Virus record (IMG/VR): IMGVR_UViG_3300031628_000015
Span: 1-35,102 of that record
Direction: 5' to 3' (one strand)
Length of the DNA: 35,102 bases
DNA from: a virus
Taxonomy: Duplodnaviria; Caudoviricetes
Under the pieces are notes generated by a model that worked only from the letters and a program-made list of their open reading frames with translations, did no database searches and was not told the origin of the DNA. Shown one piece after another: positions 29,301 through 35,102 of this stretch (the stretch's first letter is position 1; each line of letters starts with the position of its first letter). Made by a program: the position numbers and the translations under genes.

Positions 29301-30294
29301 TGTAGGTAAATTTTTAAATCCGGATGGTACAATTACAATTGCCGGAAAAACATATACTACAGCAGAATTAAAAGGTTATGTTAAATCTTTTATTGGAGCA
29401 GGAACATCTATTGGAGATGTTATGGGTGTTATGGGTTACATGGCTAATTATAATCAAGACATTGCAAATGGAATGACAGAGACAGAGGCTGCATTAGAAT
29501 TTGTAGAATACAATCTTACTCAGCAATCTCGTAGAGATATGGATAAAGGTGGTCTACAAAGAAGAGCAGGTCTGTTAAGATTGCTTACAATGTTTGGTAG
29601 TACAATGTTTTTACAGATGAATAACACAGCTGTTAATATGAGAAACATTATGCGTAGCATTAGAAACGGTAAGATGCCATCTAAAACAGATATCAGAGGG
29701 TTTATAATATCAGGAGCTGTAGCAAACATGGCATTCCAAGCTACTGCTAACATGTTAATGCTTACTAAGGGTGATGAGGATGAGAAATTAGAAGCTATTA
29801 AAACTATTAAAAGACAAATGACAGGATTTACTCAGCTTACTAGAGTTCCAATATTAGGAGCAGCAGCTGAATCAGGTATAAATTATATGATGGGTGAAAA
29901 AGGAAATTCAGGTTATTCTGAATCAGGAGCTGTAGAACCTTTATTAAGAATAGTAAAAGAGTCTGTTAAAGGTTTAAATGAAGAAGATTACATTGCAGCT
30001 ATACGTCCTTTCCTAGAATTAAGAATGGGATTCCAATTTGACCCTGTAGAAGGAACAGCAAGAATGTTAACAGGAGAAGGTGAGATTGATAAAAATTTGT
30101 ACGACATTCTAAACGTTCCTAAAACTCAACGTCCCGGTGGCGGAAGAACCAAAAAGAGTTCTTTACCTCCTATGTGGATGATTGAAACATTAAACAATCC
30201 TGTTTTGTTAGAAAAAGTAAAAGAATTAAATAGGAAAAAAAGAGAAGTGAATAAAACGAAAAATGATTTGAAGAAAAAGTTAAGAAATAAATAA
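20362..30294 (+). CDS. giant internal virion/ejection polyvalent protein with a zincin-like metallopeptidase domain
   Basis: 3310 aa; Gly-zipper hydrophobic segment at about aa 787-835; GDIYINP...SIHEMGHVW (26284-26298) with downstream DEAMA; helical, partly hydrophobic C-terminal region. Confidence 0.75.
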   Translation: MANEQALQDLYKEFVKTGYRGSKDEFKGLMSSNIDAFKDGYKSFTSTGYNGDETDFAELLGVTVPEKKKEILQENGDGVLEGGPLQLEEPPTTDNPPPATFNFGETNVDNSQAPQSKDPNAPNYVEEFKGFQNDDVSKPNYYDSVIGAGDLPPKDTRLDGYQDPVKAMGMYPAGDGVSAESVTIQIDKARRESAADRAYTAKLIQEEIAAEYPNQAETVQERNTQMTDFLEQKKIESDDDKKTFFNTEERLDVNNRKYIFSQEERKPFKDKALLEQELNIVTSDLINDDNNKATISTLTDQFSKYGFVFTKAYGSMVARTSDGNAEITIDIDPLFGVGADDEVADLKNFLMLNSSEIVDSDKNMDFIGNSLKAQNMRSGRRVNKNGTVSSHLMGTFEEDGKFLVAPTLFPVDDENQASYANNWIELKGKKALDLAKERNEVFTFDTQEEANAFADGSWKGVNTIDVEAQQFYKERGLDYQQISQSFNIYQETRDRIDFIEDLLDGELQRDEFGDFKDSTMGDDVNRIKDLSLKRQAQYGDLYVNGELRDDIQEELARLKTQETALFGTAFNNKVKDTRNEFDLYLRKKEQAKVSEAVFINDTVKKEQSVIDEQALIRYGEKPMNLAKAINENTTRQEFVEMQQLQTQTLNLNFERKNAAMIYENSQLYLNRMENKKIQNDFVDNFEGFTEEFANGLQQGHAANSILQYAMGVDLIGGGDDDDVMDIALHIVDAMNNKTGNQSKTMLNWEDSQGFRESWDVVASDPLEWSTQLASKSIAMMLPYGAQLIPMSGVIGAGTGAGYGALGANPLTIAIGAKVGLGYGLRVGFAATTYAMEYTNSILEAITETGYDIYNPDEVALALQDQKVWDVGGARGHARGIPIAIIDYFTAGLAGRLFMPAKFAITSKGVLKTAGLITAERLVLDPIGEGVGETLAQENEILFGTGRNELDFKEIAAEMGGAFGNQGSNAVINMTLLNSNKRRNKLLADFTDPAFLATYTDATPEQILNFVNKNVKLGKIDASKGKAITDNLGILKSATDLLGENADPAVVARAMRLIEAQNNLGSTINRREVFKSNIKSINAELSELILTGKLSDKFDENTKTIEGIQGPTGTKVDNIKLDPLNESKFDVKSFNQFKIGTSTYETPEDFLKAVDKMSKEKLIKSNPAFTIKDNDALATALNDYVVKKMLGIEQESFKLEDYANQKQSSIKIPSEVQTKTPEEVAEGVPGGPKKVTQQSETQIEADRKAEIDDYFTTDETDGKVSDPIFISLREQILSDTFMTQTEKGKAQKFLVALGKTDKSHQQKVDALNKRYGESRRRPFVFVETEIDKINAKYDAMLESTESTTEEVTTEELASQEKEYLAKLKKDRKKKGSKVTVVDDNSFKTEIFKKGKFVSKKNIDDIKVGDVIMNKQGTSFTVTEIIEDSTVVGGKIFKSSQALMNQELMMSQGLYLTEKTSETITEKKSTESTTEEVSAESKEIFDQQVKEMEEGLDDKVDFRLKDENKVEPDRDEIEAITQRINLLESDNVNTKIETEESNVKLDVQELNNRTDTDLQVTSIELIDGIPAAFTISDQLTTGNVVNPNTGTTIDNLKGSIGFNGTTGNEQAAWAGTTKAKAENMLQNAEFIYQANKPKIDEFWANNPEYNGLVPVNVVKMAESGIISNEAMFRVLADNLTKIPEENKVKALEALKTEIISRRDKANKKKPFNDIISLLEGKDIQSIDDVVAPKFVKKLGLGARVNLMNIIGYGTPNKPGQTKKAGAVSELSSVTTALLENQDESARELLNIASIAEIITDKQMKDVPEGSIVAIVGVDVLNPGVVETTHPNYKYGVRGKSMGVLTNPVSMEKAYPIAYKKAMGSLVEKESQGKKVTGKQLRTNQTGLGIGIPSKDYIGAKAGSQSNINKLNNFLNISFPGTTIYTDSETFKIVMNSEGVMQYSKGNQTVYGVTVNGDIYINPDVHNSESELFNTSIHEMGHVWTDYIQTTKKGKLLYERGSVLVKKTKTYKDQLKKFDGNQKKAVDEAMAILIGNKGETIANASLQAKFKEWLLGMWKLIMDEFKMSKDYSEAEIQDITLDEFIGSALADIFSGKEIELSNIQQKQLKNPEAAFKQGLTAEQMVIRGREMAMPDDVVAAVLRKRLKLNEEQILALMETAIPTAFTNAKGGINVGEQIFNQVEELRLKRLKTLPEANRKVLVSEDGGKTFKNEKLKAEALKYRKEERAARKKDLEDNKLFKEQPLVNQKQMIAEYDAMLGTKANQAVQQEIDVILAELKGRKDSTKVSKDIRKRLSNYIRKALTTVSKVNKTELKSILKTIAEVDDVNFVAEVLRVQEIVNEIKVKDKQTFLQTIKDYVKKKTKIKRSNKKPKSGSLEYRGQEYFKVLNKALNLSREAFIQKKVELAALEVEIEEALTREANLKEGKSLNKADSILLAEAEIYARYDNLETKSIEELNDIFKGIKQEAKQSRQELLKRRLKRKERAAKIKAEADESIETNYPFLYGEKGLKTDREVEDSRKSNIQQFIDKGFLKFMKDFADGIFSPFIKTESGTNNLGVMLSRYFDSIISNTQTLFNILDGRKNEFFTKYFQKPLSKANFKREEGVRDVNRYVNKLAERAGFKNKGNLDVNKAYQNFKLALLKKNPMILSGIDVTENNPDGTFNNPTNDQLVYIYAIAKNPEVRARLIQQGFTEEKFKAIEEHLGNDVIGFADIVVDYLTNDSYDSINEVYVRNNDVNLDKIENYFPLSTKLDPTSEEKSIGFQSDVFSTFTAESPSSLKMRSRNSIINPATSFTDMLDSHIESTERYKAYADLVPELNRILKIPSVKLLLKESGLTSLNNEMLNFAINGRDNFETNSLDSKLVNTIQGAFVSYVLGLKVWQIPKQASSFIEAFKKFRYKGNLTYQAVDKATLGIPATAVDAIMFLGRYTQTLALTLAGMEGGIKTAKKISAGFEQRMLEALSGKNLVELETGNKSGKGLGAAVGKFLNPDGTITIAGKTYTTAELKGYVKSFIGAGTSIGDVMGVMGYMANYNQDIANGMTETEAALEFVEYNLTQQSRRDMDKGGLQRRAGLLRLLTMFGSTMFLQMNNTAVNMRNIMRSIRNGKMPSKTDIRGFIISGAVANMAFQATANMLMLTKGDEDEKLEAIKTIKRQMTGFTQLTRVPILGAAAESGINYMMGEKGNSGYSESGAVEPLLRIVKESVKGLNEEDYIAAIRPFLELRMGFQFDPVEGTARMLTGEGEIDKNLYDILNVPKTQRPGGGRTKKSSLPPMWMIETLNNPVLLEKVKELNRKKREVNKTKNDLKKKLRNK
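23963..24088 (+). CDS. nested +1-frame small basic protein (41 aa) inside the giant gene
   Basis: MPIKSKAQLRYLAKFKPKLLKKWQKEYPVDLKKLPNKVKRK*; start context TTTAAACTTGAAGATT-ATG; resembles small phage proteins of the MPFKSxAQRR..W..E.P..KLP.KV type. Confidence 0.6.
   Translation: MPIKSKAQLRYLAKFKPKLLKKWQKEYPVDLKKLPNKVKRK
24383..24785 (+). repeat. 28-bp direct repeat pair (24383-24410 and 24758-24785), 375 nt apart
   Basis: AGTCTAC[T/A]GAATCAACTACAGAAGAAGT, 27/28 identical; both encode STESTTEEV. Confidence 0.9.
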
Positions 30295-30708
30295 TTAATA
30301 CTTAACACTTTTAAATGGAGATGAGTTTTTTTCAAGATAAATCATTAGTTCTTCATCATTGTATGAGCCGGGTCGAGGCTTTCTTCCTCCCCATTGGATA
30401 GCTCCTTTAATGTTTTTTACTTTACAATATATAATACCATCTAAACATGCCCATATCATAACAGGGTTTAATCTTTTGTCAGCTAATTTTACTAATTTTC
30501 TTGCCGCTACAGGTAATGGAAAACAATCTTTCATAGCTCTGAGTCTTCCTTTAACTTCAGCGTAAGCTATATGATTACCATCTGAATCATAAACTTTATA
30601 GTCTATATCGTTAGGGTCAAGTTTTTTAGAGCTACCGTTAAATAGTTCTGTGAATTTATTTATGGCTGTGCGTTCTCTATGTAGGTCTTTTTCGTTTTCA
30701 AACCTCAT
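30295..30708 (-). CDS. putative PD-(D/E)xK-fold nuclease
   Basis: N-terminal helix Glu, IDYKV...IAYAEVKGR catalytic-like motif; 137 aa. Confidence 0.55.
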   Translation of the reverse strand: MRFENEKDLHRERTAINKFTELFNGSSKKLDPNDIDYKVYDSDGNHIAYAEVKGRLRAMKDCFPLPVAARKLVKLADKRLNPVMIWACLDGIIYCKVKNIKGAIQWGGRKPRPGSYNDEELMIYLEKNSSPFKSVKY

Positions 30709-30859
30709 CTATATCAGATTTAGTGTATATATATACACTATCAACATCACATTCTTTATTAGTACAAGTATAGTTCCCTACTATTGCTCCTGATTCTTCA
30801 TCATCATAGTCATGTTCACCTCCCCATAATAATCTTTTTTCACATTTTGGACATATCAT
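30698..30859 (-). CDS. small Zn-ribbon protein (53 aa; absent from the ORF track)
   Basis: MICPKCEKRLLWGGEHDYDDEESGAIVGNYTCTNKECDVDSVYIYTKSDIDEV*; CxxC and Cx4C; ATGA-coupled to the upstream phosphoesterase and fills the gap exactly. Confidence 0.8.
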   Translation of the reverse strand: MICPKCEKRLLWGGEHDYDDEESGAIVGNYTCTNKECDVDSVYIYTKSDIDEV

Positions 30860-31605
30860 AGTTTCATCATTAAGTTAATAGCTGTGTTACCACCAAGTAC
30901 CACACCGCATGATATGGCTTGTTTTTTAAAATTTTTCGCATAAGCTGCTGCAAAAGTTGTGCTGTCCACACCGCATCCAACCTGCATAGCAAATGTTCGG
31001 CTTCTTTTTCCAACGAACCACATAACGTATGCACTCGTATGTGTGTGACCGCAAACACTTGACATCATATTTTGCTGCGCTTTTCTAGATGCTTGACCTC
31101 CTTCGCCATGCTCATAAAGTACATTGTCATAGACAATAGATTCACACCAATTCCATTCAGGCGTACCCAAAACCTCGTTATAAGACTTAATCCATTCAGA
31201 AGGTATGCCTCCTGTCATTGCCTTCCTACTAGCCATTCTATCGTGGTTTCCGATTAAAACATCTGCTATAGGAAAAGCTTTATACCATTCTTTTAACATA
31301 TCAATAGCTAACCTCAGCTCTGTGCCGGCTGAATAACCATTCGGGTCTGCCTCATGATAAGAAAAAGCGTGATTATCCAAAATGTCTCCTATGTAAATTA
31401 CTTGATTACAATTCCAATTGCTATAAGCCTCTTTACAAAAATCTAAATAACCCGGTAATGTAAACGGAAGATGTAAATCTCCAATGACAAGAATTCTTCT
31501 TTCTTCTTTATTTAAATTTTCGTATGATAATCTTTTGTTACCACTTAATCGTGGTCTAATCTCATCTATATTGTATTTATCTCCTGATGGTTGATTAAAT
31601 TTCAT
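30856..31605 (-). CDS. calcineurin-like metallophosphoesterase
   Basis: All five motifs present: GDLH, GDILD, GNHD, EHG, GHTH. Confidence 0.9.
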   Translation of the reverse strand: MKFNQPSGDKYNIDEIRPRLSGNKRLSYENLNKEERRILVIGDLHLPFTLPGYLDFCKEAYSNWNCNQVIYIGDILDNHAFSYHEADPNGYSAGTELRLAIDMLKEWYKAFPIADVLIGNHDRMASRKAMTGGIPSEWIKSYNEVLGTPEWNWCESIVYDNVLYEHGEGGQASRKAQQNMMSSVCGHTHTSAYVMWFVGKRSRTFAMQVGCGVDSTTFAAAYAKNFKKQAISCGVVLGGNTAINLMMKL

Positions 31606-31780
31606 CTTCTATGTTTTCTAAGATAGAACGCAATCTTTTAATGTTAGCAACAACTTCAGTTTTTAAACTAATATTGTCTCTGTCCATTAACATTTCATAA
31701 ATGGTATTGTTGGAGTCATGAATTTCGTTCATCGTAAAATTGATGTGTTTAATTCTTTCTTTTTCTACTCCATTATCCAT
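31595..31780 (-). CDS. small hypothetical helical protein
   Basis: 61 aa, overlaps both neighbours in the tightly packed minus-strand operon. Confidence 0.65.
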   Translation of the reverse strand: MDNGVEKERIKHINFTMNEIHDSNNTIYEMLMDRDNISLKTEVVANIKRLRSILENIEDEI

Positions 31781-32312
31781 GTGTTAATCCATTGTAGATT
31801 GTATTTAGTCTTCTTGCAACCTCCTTTTCACTTCCTTGTTTGGTTCTAGAACGAATCAAACTGAATAGTTGAAAGAACCTTTTGTCCTCTTTGTTAAAGT
31901 CTTTAATTAAGTTTTTTAAAGCCTCTACTTCCAAAGATAATAATTTATTTTTATCTTCCAAAGACTCAATTCTATTTTTAAGTTCATTTGGAGCTAAATC
32001 TTCTATACTTGGGTCTACATCTTTATATAATTCAACACATCTATCATACATATCTTTAAGGTCTTTTTCATGCTCTAATATAAAATCAATTTGCTTTAGA
32101 TAATGCATTATAGATGCATGGCTTTCTAGATTAAGAAAGAACGCAATTTGTTTGTAAGAACAATTGTCATCTCTTAATATTTTAGAGAATATCATACGAG
32201 CATTTACCAAATGTCTTTGTCTTCCTCTTGACGTTACATCAATGTTAAAAACTCTGTCAATAACTTTTTTAAGAAGTTTCGCTTTTGTAAATTCTTTGTA
32301 ATATAGGTTCAT
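31773..32312 (-). CDS. DnaA C-terminal (domain IV)-like HTH protein with coiled coil
   Basis: SRGRQRHLVNARMIFSKILR...SYKQIA..LN..SHASIMHY parallels DnaA-IV (R.R.I..ARQIAMYL...SL..IG..F..RDHTTV.HA); leucine-zipper-like LKNRIESLEDKNKLLSLEVEALK. Confidence 0.7.
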   Translation of the reverse strand: MNLYYKEFTKAKLLKKVIDRVFNIDVTSRGRQRHLVNARMIFSKILRDDNCSYKQIAFFLNLESHASIMHYLKQIDFILEHEKDLKDMYDRCVELYKDVDPSIEDLAPNELKNRIESLEDKNKLLSLEVEALKNLIKDFNKEDKRFFQLFSLIRSRTKQGSEKEVARRLNTIYNGLTHG

Positions 32313-32652
32313 TGGATTTGAGTATTTGTTTGTCTAACATATAATCTAGGTAAGCATCACTATCAATTTCGTTTATTTCTATAAATATAGGAAATTCATT
32401 AGTTTCGTGTATGAATTCTACTTCAAAAAAGAATGGTATTTTGAGCTTTAATACTCCTCCTAAAATTTGAGTATAGTCATCCATCATTGGTAGTGAATTT
32501 ACATTCTGTTCTAACAATATAGCAATTGGTATGCTATGTATAGATGGCATCTCTTCTAATTGTTGAAGAAGCGTTTCCTCTAACTCGTAATGAAAATATT
32601 TATCTTCAAATATTCTATCAATCTCCTCTATAAACCTCTGTGATGCATCCAT
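32269..32652 (-). CDS. acidic hypothetical protein
   Basis: 127-aa ORF overlapping both neighbours in the operon. Confidence 0.65.
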   Translation of the reverse strand: MDASQRFIEEIDRIFEDKYFHYELEETLLQQLEEMPSIHSIPIAILLEQNVNSLPMMDDYTQILGGVLKLKIPFFFEVEFIHETNEFPIFIEINEIDSDAYLDYMLDKQILKSNEPILQRIYKSETS

Positions 32653-32860
32653 GTTCTTCTAATTCTTTAAGTCTGTATTTTTGTAATGTAGACAAAACTC
32701 CTTTAGGTGTTTTAACTTCGCTAAATATAACCATACTATTTGGCGGTATTGCTATTAAATCAGGTATTCCGTTTTTATTTGTTTTTGTTAATTTTAAAAC
32801 GTAATAACCTTTTGATTCTAATTGTTTTATTCTTTTGTTTTGAATCTGTTGTTCTGTCAT
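32618..32860 (-). CDS. VRR-NUC family nuclease (possible resolvase)
   Basis: MTEQQIQ...GIPDL...FSEVKTPKG.LS.LQ motif. Confidence 0.85.
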   Translation of the reverse strand: MTEQQIQNKRIKQLESKGYYVLKLTKTNKNGIPDLIAIPPNSMVIFSEVKTPKGVLSTLQKYRLKELEEHGCITEVYRGD

Positions 32861-33039
32861 CCGTTTTTTCTGTAGTCTTCTAAGAATCCAATGAACACAA
32901 TTATGTTCATGCTTATAGAGGATATTAATTCTATGAAGTCATGGTAGTTATGAATTGAAAGGTGTATGTGACCTACTATCCAAAATGGAATGGCTAAGTT
33001 TTCGCTTATCCAAATTACTAAAAAACTTATAAACTTCAT
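32857..33039 (-). CDS. small two-transmembrane protein
   Basis: 60 aa with two hydrophobic segments and a His-rich loop (GHIHLSIHNYH); ATGA-coupled to the VRR-NUC gene. Confidence 0.6.
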   Translation of the reverse strand: MKFISFLVIWISENLAIPFWIVGHIHLSIHNYHDFIELISSISMNIIVFIGFLEDYRKNG

Positions 33040-33040
33040 A

Positions 33041-34270
33041 CTACAAATCTAAGAAATCTCTTTTGAAGTGTTTTAAAGTATAATCTTTCTTTTTAGTTAC
33101 AGCTTTATATATTTTGTTTTCTATTCCTTTCTCTGCAAAAATCCAATATACTTTGTTTTTTAATCTTTCCTTAGTAGTCATTCTGTCTCTAGACTGCCAA
33201 TAGGAGGTGGCAGAAAAATCAATGTTATAGTAAACTAAAGCATCGGCTTCCTTTAGACTAATACCTTCCCTCCCACTAACAATCTGAAGAGCTATACTTT
33301 TGTCTGTCTCTTTGAAGACGCTTAGTTCAGTTGAAATGGTCTCCCCATAAACCTCCTTAATGGCATTTAATTCTTCCTTAAACTTATAAAAGATAGCAAT
33401 CTTTTTGTTAAGAAACTTTTCTTTTATGTATTCAGCTTTAGACAAATCAAGAACCATTGAGTTTCCGCTTTCAAACTTCACAGTTCCTGAATAAATTTGA
33501 TGGAGCTTTGACATAAGCTTTACCGGTGTATCACCCATAATTACTTCTGTCTTTCCTTCAATTACTAATTGTTTTTGTAATCGTTTTGCTAAAGAATAAG
33601 TTTCTTCTTTCATGCGAACATACAAAATATCTTCGGTTGTTTCCACTTTAAACCCTGCATTTTTTTGTGTAAAGTTGATTGTGTATGGTCTCATTTTAGT
33701 GAGTATACTTTCGCTTCCATCAGAATAATCTCTAATATTCAATCCATTGATAGGTCTTACTTTAACATTTACATAGTCATCACAAAATCTATAAAAGTTT
33801 TTGTACCTGCCGAAAGGATTTGTTGGTATGCCATAAATCTGATGATACATCTGACTAAAAGATTCAGGAGTAGGAGTTCCTGATAATAAAATAATGTAAG
33901 GATTGCATCCTTGAATTAATAGTTTAACTTGTTTAGCTCTCTTGCTTGGTTTTGGAAAAGCTCCCATTGAATGAGCTTCGTCACATACAATGACATCCCA
34001 TTTTATTGTAGGTATTTTATGTAAGCTTTCATAGTTAATAGTTGTTAAATCATAACTAGGTTTCAGAAGATGAAAGTCATCTTCTATACTTGAGATTGCT
34101 TTTTTCTTGGTAATAAACAAAACACTTTTGGCTTTTACTTCCTCAGCTATTCCTAAACTTGTAAGAGTTTTACCTGTCCTAACCTCCATAGCAAGGTAAA
34201 CAAAACCCCTCGTTAGAAGGGTTTTCTTACCAAGTTCTATTATGGTTTTTTGATATGGTCTAAGCTTCAT
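33041..34270 (-). CDS. superfamily 2 (SNF2-like) DNA helicase
   Basis: Q motif LRPYQ, Walker A EVRTGKT, DEAH, SGTP, GREGISL, QSRDR. Confidence 0.9.
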   Translation of the reverse strand: MKLRPYQKTIIELGKKTLLTRGFVYLAMEVRTGKTLTSLGIAEEVKAKSVLFITKKKAISSIEDDFHLLKPSYDLTTINYESLHKIPTIKWDVIVCDEAHSMGAFPKPSKRAKQVKLLIQGCNPYIILLSGTPTPESFSQMYHQIYGIPTNPFGRYKNFYRFCDDYVNVKVRPINGLNIRDYSDGSESILTKMRPYTINFTQKNAGFKVETTEDILYVRMKEETYSLAKRLQKQLVIEGKTEVIMGDTPVKLMSKLHQIYSGTVKFESGNSMVLDLSKAEYIKEKFLNKKIAIFYKFKEELNAIKEVYGETISTELSVFKETDKSIALQIVSGREGISLKEADALVYYNIDFSATSYWQSRDRMTTKERLKNKVYWIFAEKGIENKIYKAVTKKKDYTLKHFKRDFLDL

Positions 34271-34524
34271 ATTTTTCTAAATTTATTTTTGTCCCAATTT
34301 CTTAATACTTCATTAATTTTATGACATTTTTCGTAATGCTCAATTTCAACAAAATAATCTAACATGTTTATTAAAGTTTTTTTATTGATAGGGTCGTGAT
34401 AGTCATGTACAAACCAACCTTTATCTACTCCAATTAAATCATCTCCAAGATGTTCTTCTATGATAATGTTGTAAGAATTTATCATGGCGTAATACACCAT
34501 ATCATCATCTGAAGTCTTGCTCAT
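34267..34524 (-). CDS. hypothetical protein with UVR-like helical hairpin
   Basis: C-terminal YFVEIEHYEKCHKINEVL resembles the UvrB/C motif (E.YE.AA.IRD). Confidence 0.55.
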   Translation of the reverse strand: MSKTSDDDMVYYAMINSYNIIIEEHLGDDLIGVDKGWFVHDYHDPINKKTLINMLDYFVEIEHYEKCHKINEVLRNWDKNKFRKI

Positions 34525-35102
34525 TATATTTCTAATTTAGAGTTGTATTCAATATCATGTTTGTTTCTAAATCTTATCCACTTGCCTTGTGCATCTCTGC
34601 CTTCTTCAGGTAAAACACCTTCTTTAAACATTCCGTAAGCTGAAAGCCATTTGTAAAATCTAGTTCTTGATATAGTCATTTTAGCTTTTGGTCCATAGTC
34701 AGGATTTTCTTCTATAAAATTAAAGTAAAGGTCTTGTTTCCAAAGCTTTATGCCTCTTTTTAGTAAATCATTAGGCTGATGTCCTGTGATTAGTCCACAC
34801 CATTCAATAAAGTCATGAGAAGTTTCGGCAGATAGCTGTCTTACTTTTAGATTAACAAATACTGATTGTATTAGTCCTTTGTCAAGATAAAGCTGTAAAC
34901 ATTGTATCATATAGTTATCAAATTCACACCACATTTCGTCATCCCAATCACCAAACATAAGTTTATCAAATTCATCATAAGGAGTAAAAGCTTTGTTATA
35001 GTACTGATGAAGCTCTAGCTCCCACTTTCTACGAGCAAAAGAATTACCTGCGCCCTTAATAGCGTAATTAGTTGTAATAGCTATTTTTGGTGATTTAGTA
35101 AA
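34524..35102 (-). CDS. primase-helicase (SF3/D5-like), C-terminal part; gene starts beyond the window
   Basis: The frame stays open upstream of the track's Met to the window edge: FTKSPKIAITTNYAIKGAGNSFARRKWELE, showing motif C (ITTN) and the arginine finger (SFARR). Confidence 0.75.
   Translation of the reverse strand, partial: FTKSPKIAITTNYAIKGAGNSFARRKWELELHQYYNKAFTPYDEFDKLMFGDWDDEMWCEFDNYMIQCLQLYLDKGLIQSVFVNLKVRQLSAETSHDFIEWCGLITGHQPNDLLKRGIKLWKQDLYFNFIEENPDYGPKAKMTISRTRFYKWLSAYGMFKEGVLPEEGRDAQGKWIRFRNKHDIEYNSKLEI

Noticed and set aside
626-30335. Many short minus-strand ORFs opposite structural genes (e.g. 626-880, 17957-18328, 21828-22259, 24717-25214)
   Set aside because: Antisense shadows of biased coding sequence, rich in S/F/L/I, with no motifs or start context.
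33044-33051. Minus-strand TAGATTTG box at the helicase 3' end
   Set aside because: Matches TAnnTTTG but ends only 4 nt before the next ATG and lies in coding sequence; cannot be distinguished from chance.
30359-33883. Short plus-strand ORFs within the minus-strand arm, and the alternative-frame ORF 30870-31058
   Set aside because: They lie wholly within well-supported genes and have no recognisable features.
31373-34582. DnaA-box-like 9-mers (TTATCCAAA at 31373 and 33006, TTATCCACT at 34574)
   Set aside because: Scattered, imperfect, inside coding sequence and expected by chance in AT-rich DNA; no clustered origin-like array.
34524-34958. 144-aa ORF as a complete gene
   Set aside because: The frame is open to the window edge with helicase motifs upstream of the listed Met; it is the C-terminus of a longer gene.
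1-35102. Stop-codon reassignment as in some crAss-like phages
   Set aside because: Genes are long and tightly packed under code 11; TAG (6727) and TGA (636, 30856) both end genes at sensible boundaries.
1-35102. tRNA, CRISPR array, integrase, intron/intein or diversity-generating retroelement
   Set aside because: No intergenic space large enough, no spaced repeat array, no reverse-transcriptase or recombinase motifs; TerL and the helicase are of normal length.

Overview
AT-rich (about 30% GC by eye) segment of a lytic tailed-phage genome, most likely a podovirus of a Bacteroidota/Flavobacteriia host. The host inference rests on TAnnTTTG -7 promoter boxes, SD-less A-rich translation starts, and a crAss-like virion gene set. 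Bases 1-30294 (+ strand) form one morphogenesis arm: tandem GroES-like co-chaperonin, putative TerS, TerL, portal, scaffold, major capsid protein, ring/adaptor proteins, a nozzle/stabilisation protein apparently split over three ORFs, a GNAT-like protein, and three putative ejection proteins ending in a 3310-aa polyvalent protein with an HExxH zincin motif but no RNA-polymerase motif. Bases 30295-35102 (- strand) are the end of a convergent replication/nucleic-acid arm: PD-(D/E)xK-like nuclease, Zn-ribbon, metallophosphoesterase, DnaA-domain-IV-like protein, VRR-NUC nuclease, SF2 helicase and the C-terminus of a primase-helicase. The most notable unannotated signals are a 41-codon basic ORF nested in the +1 frame of the giant gene, an A11 slippery run opening an Arg/Trp-rich -1 frame tail, a 28-bp direct-repeat-bounded in-frame cassette, a Cys-rich domain split between two tail genes, a TerL lacking an ATG start, and apparent avoidance of GATC and CCAG/CTGG. 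All family calls come from motif recognition and synteny; no searches were run.
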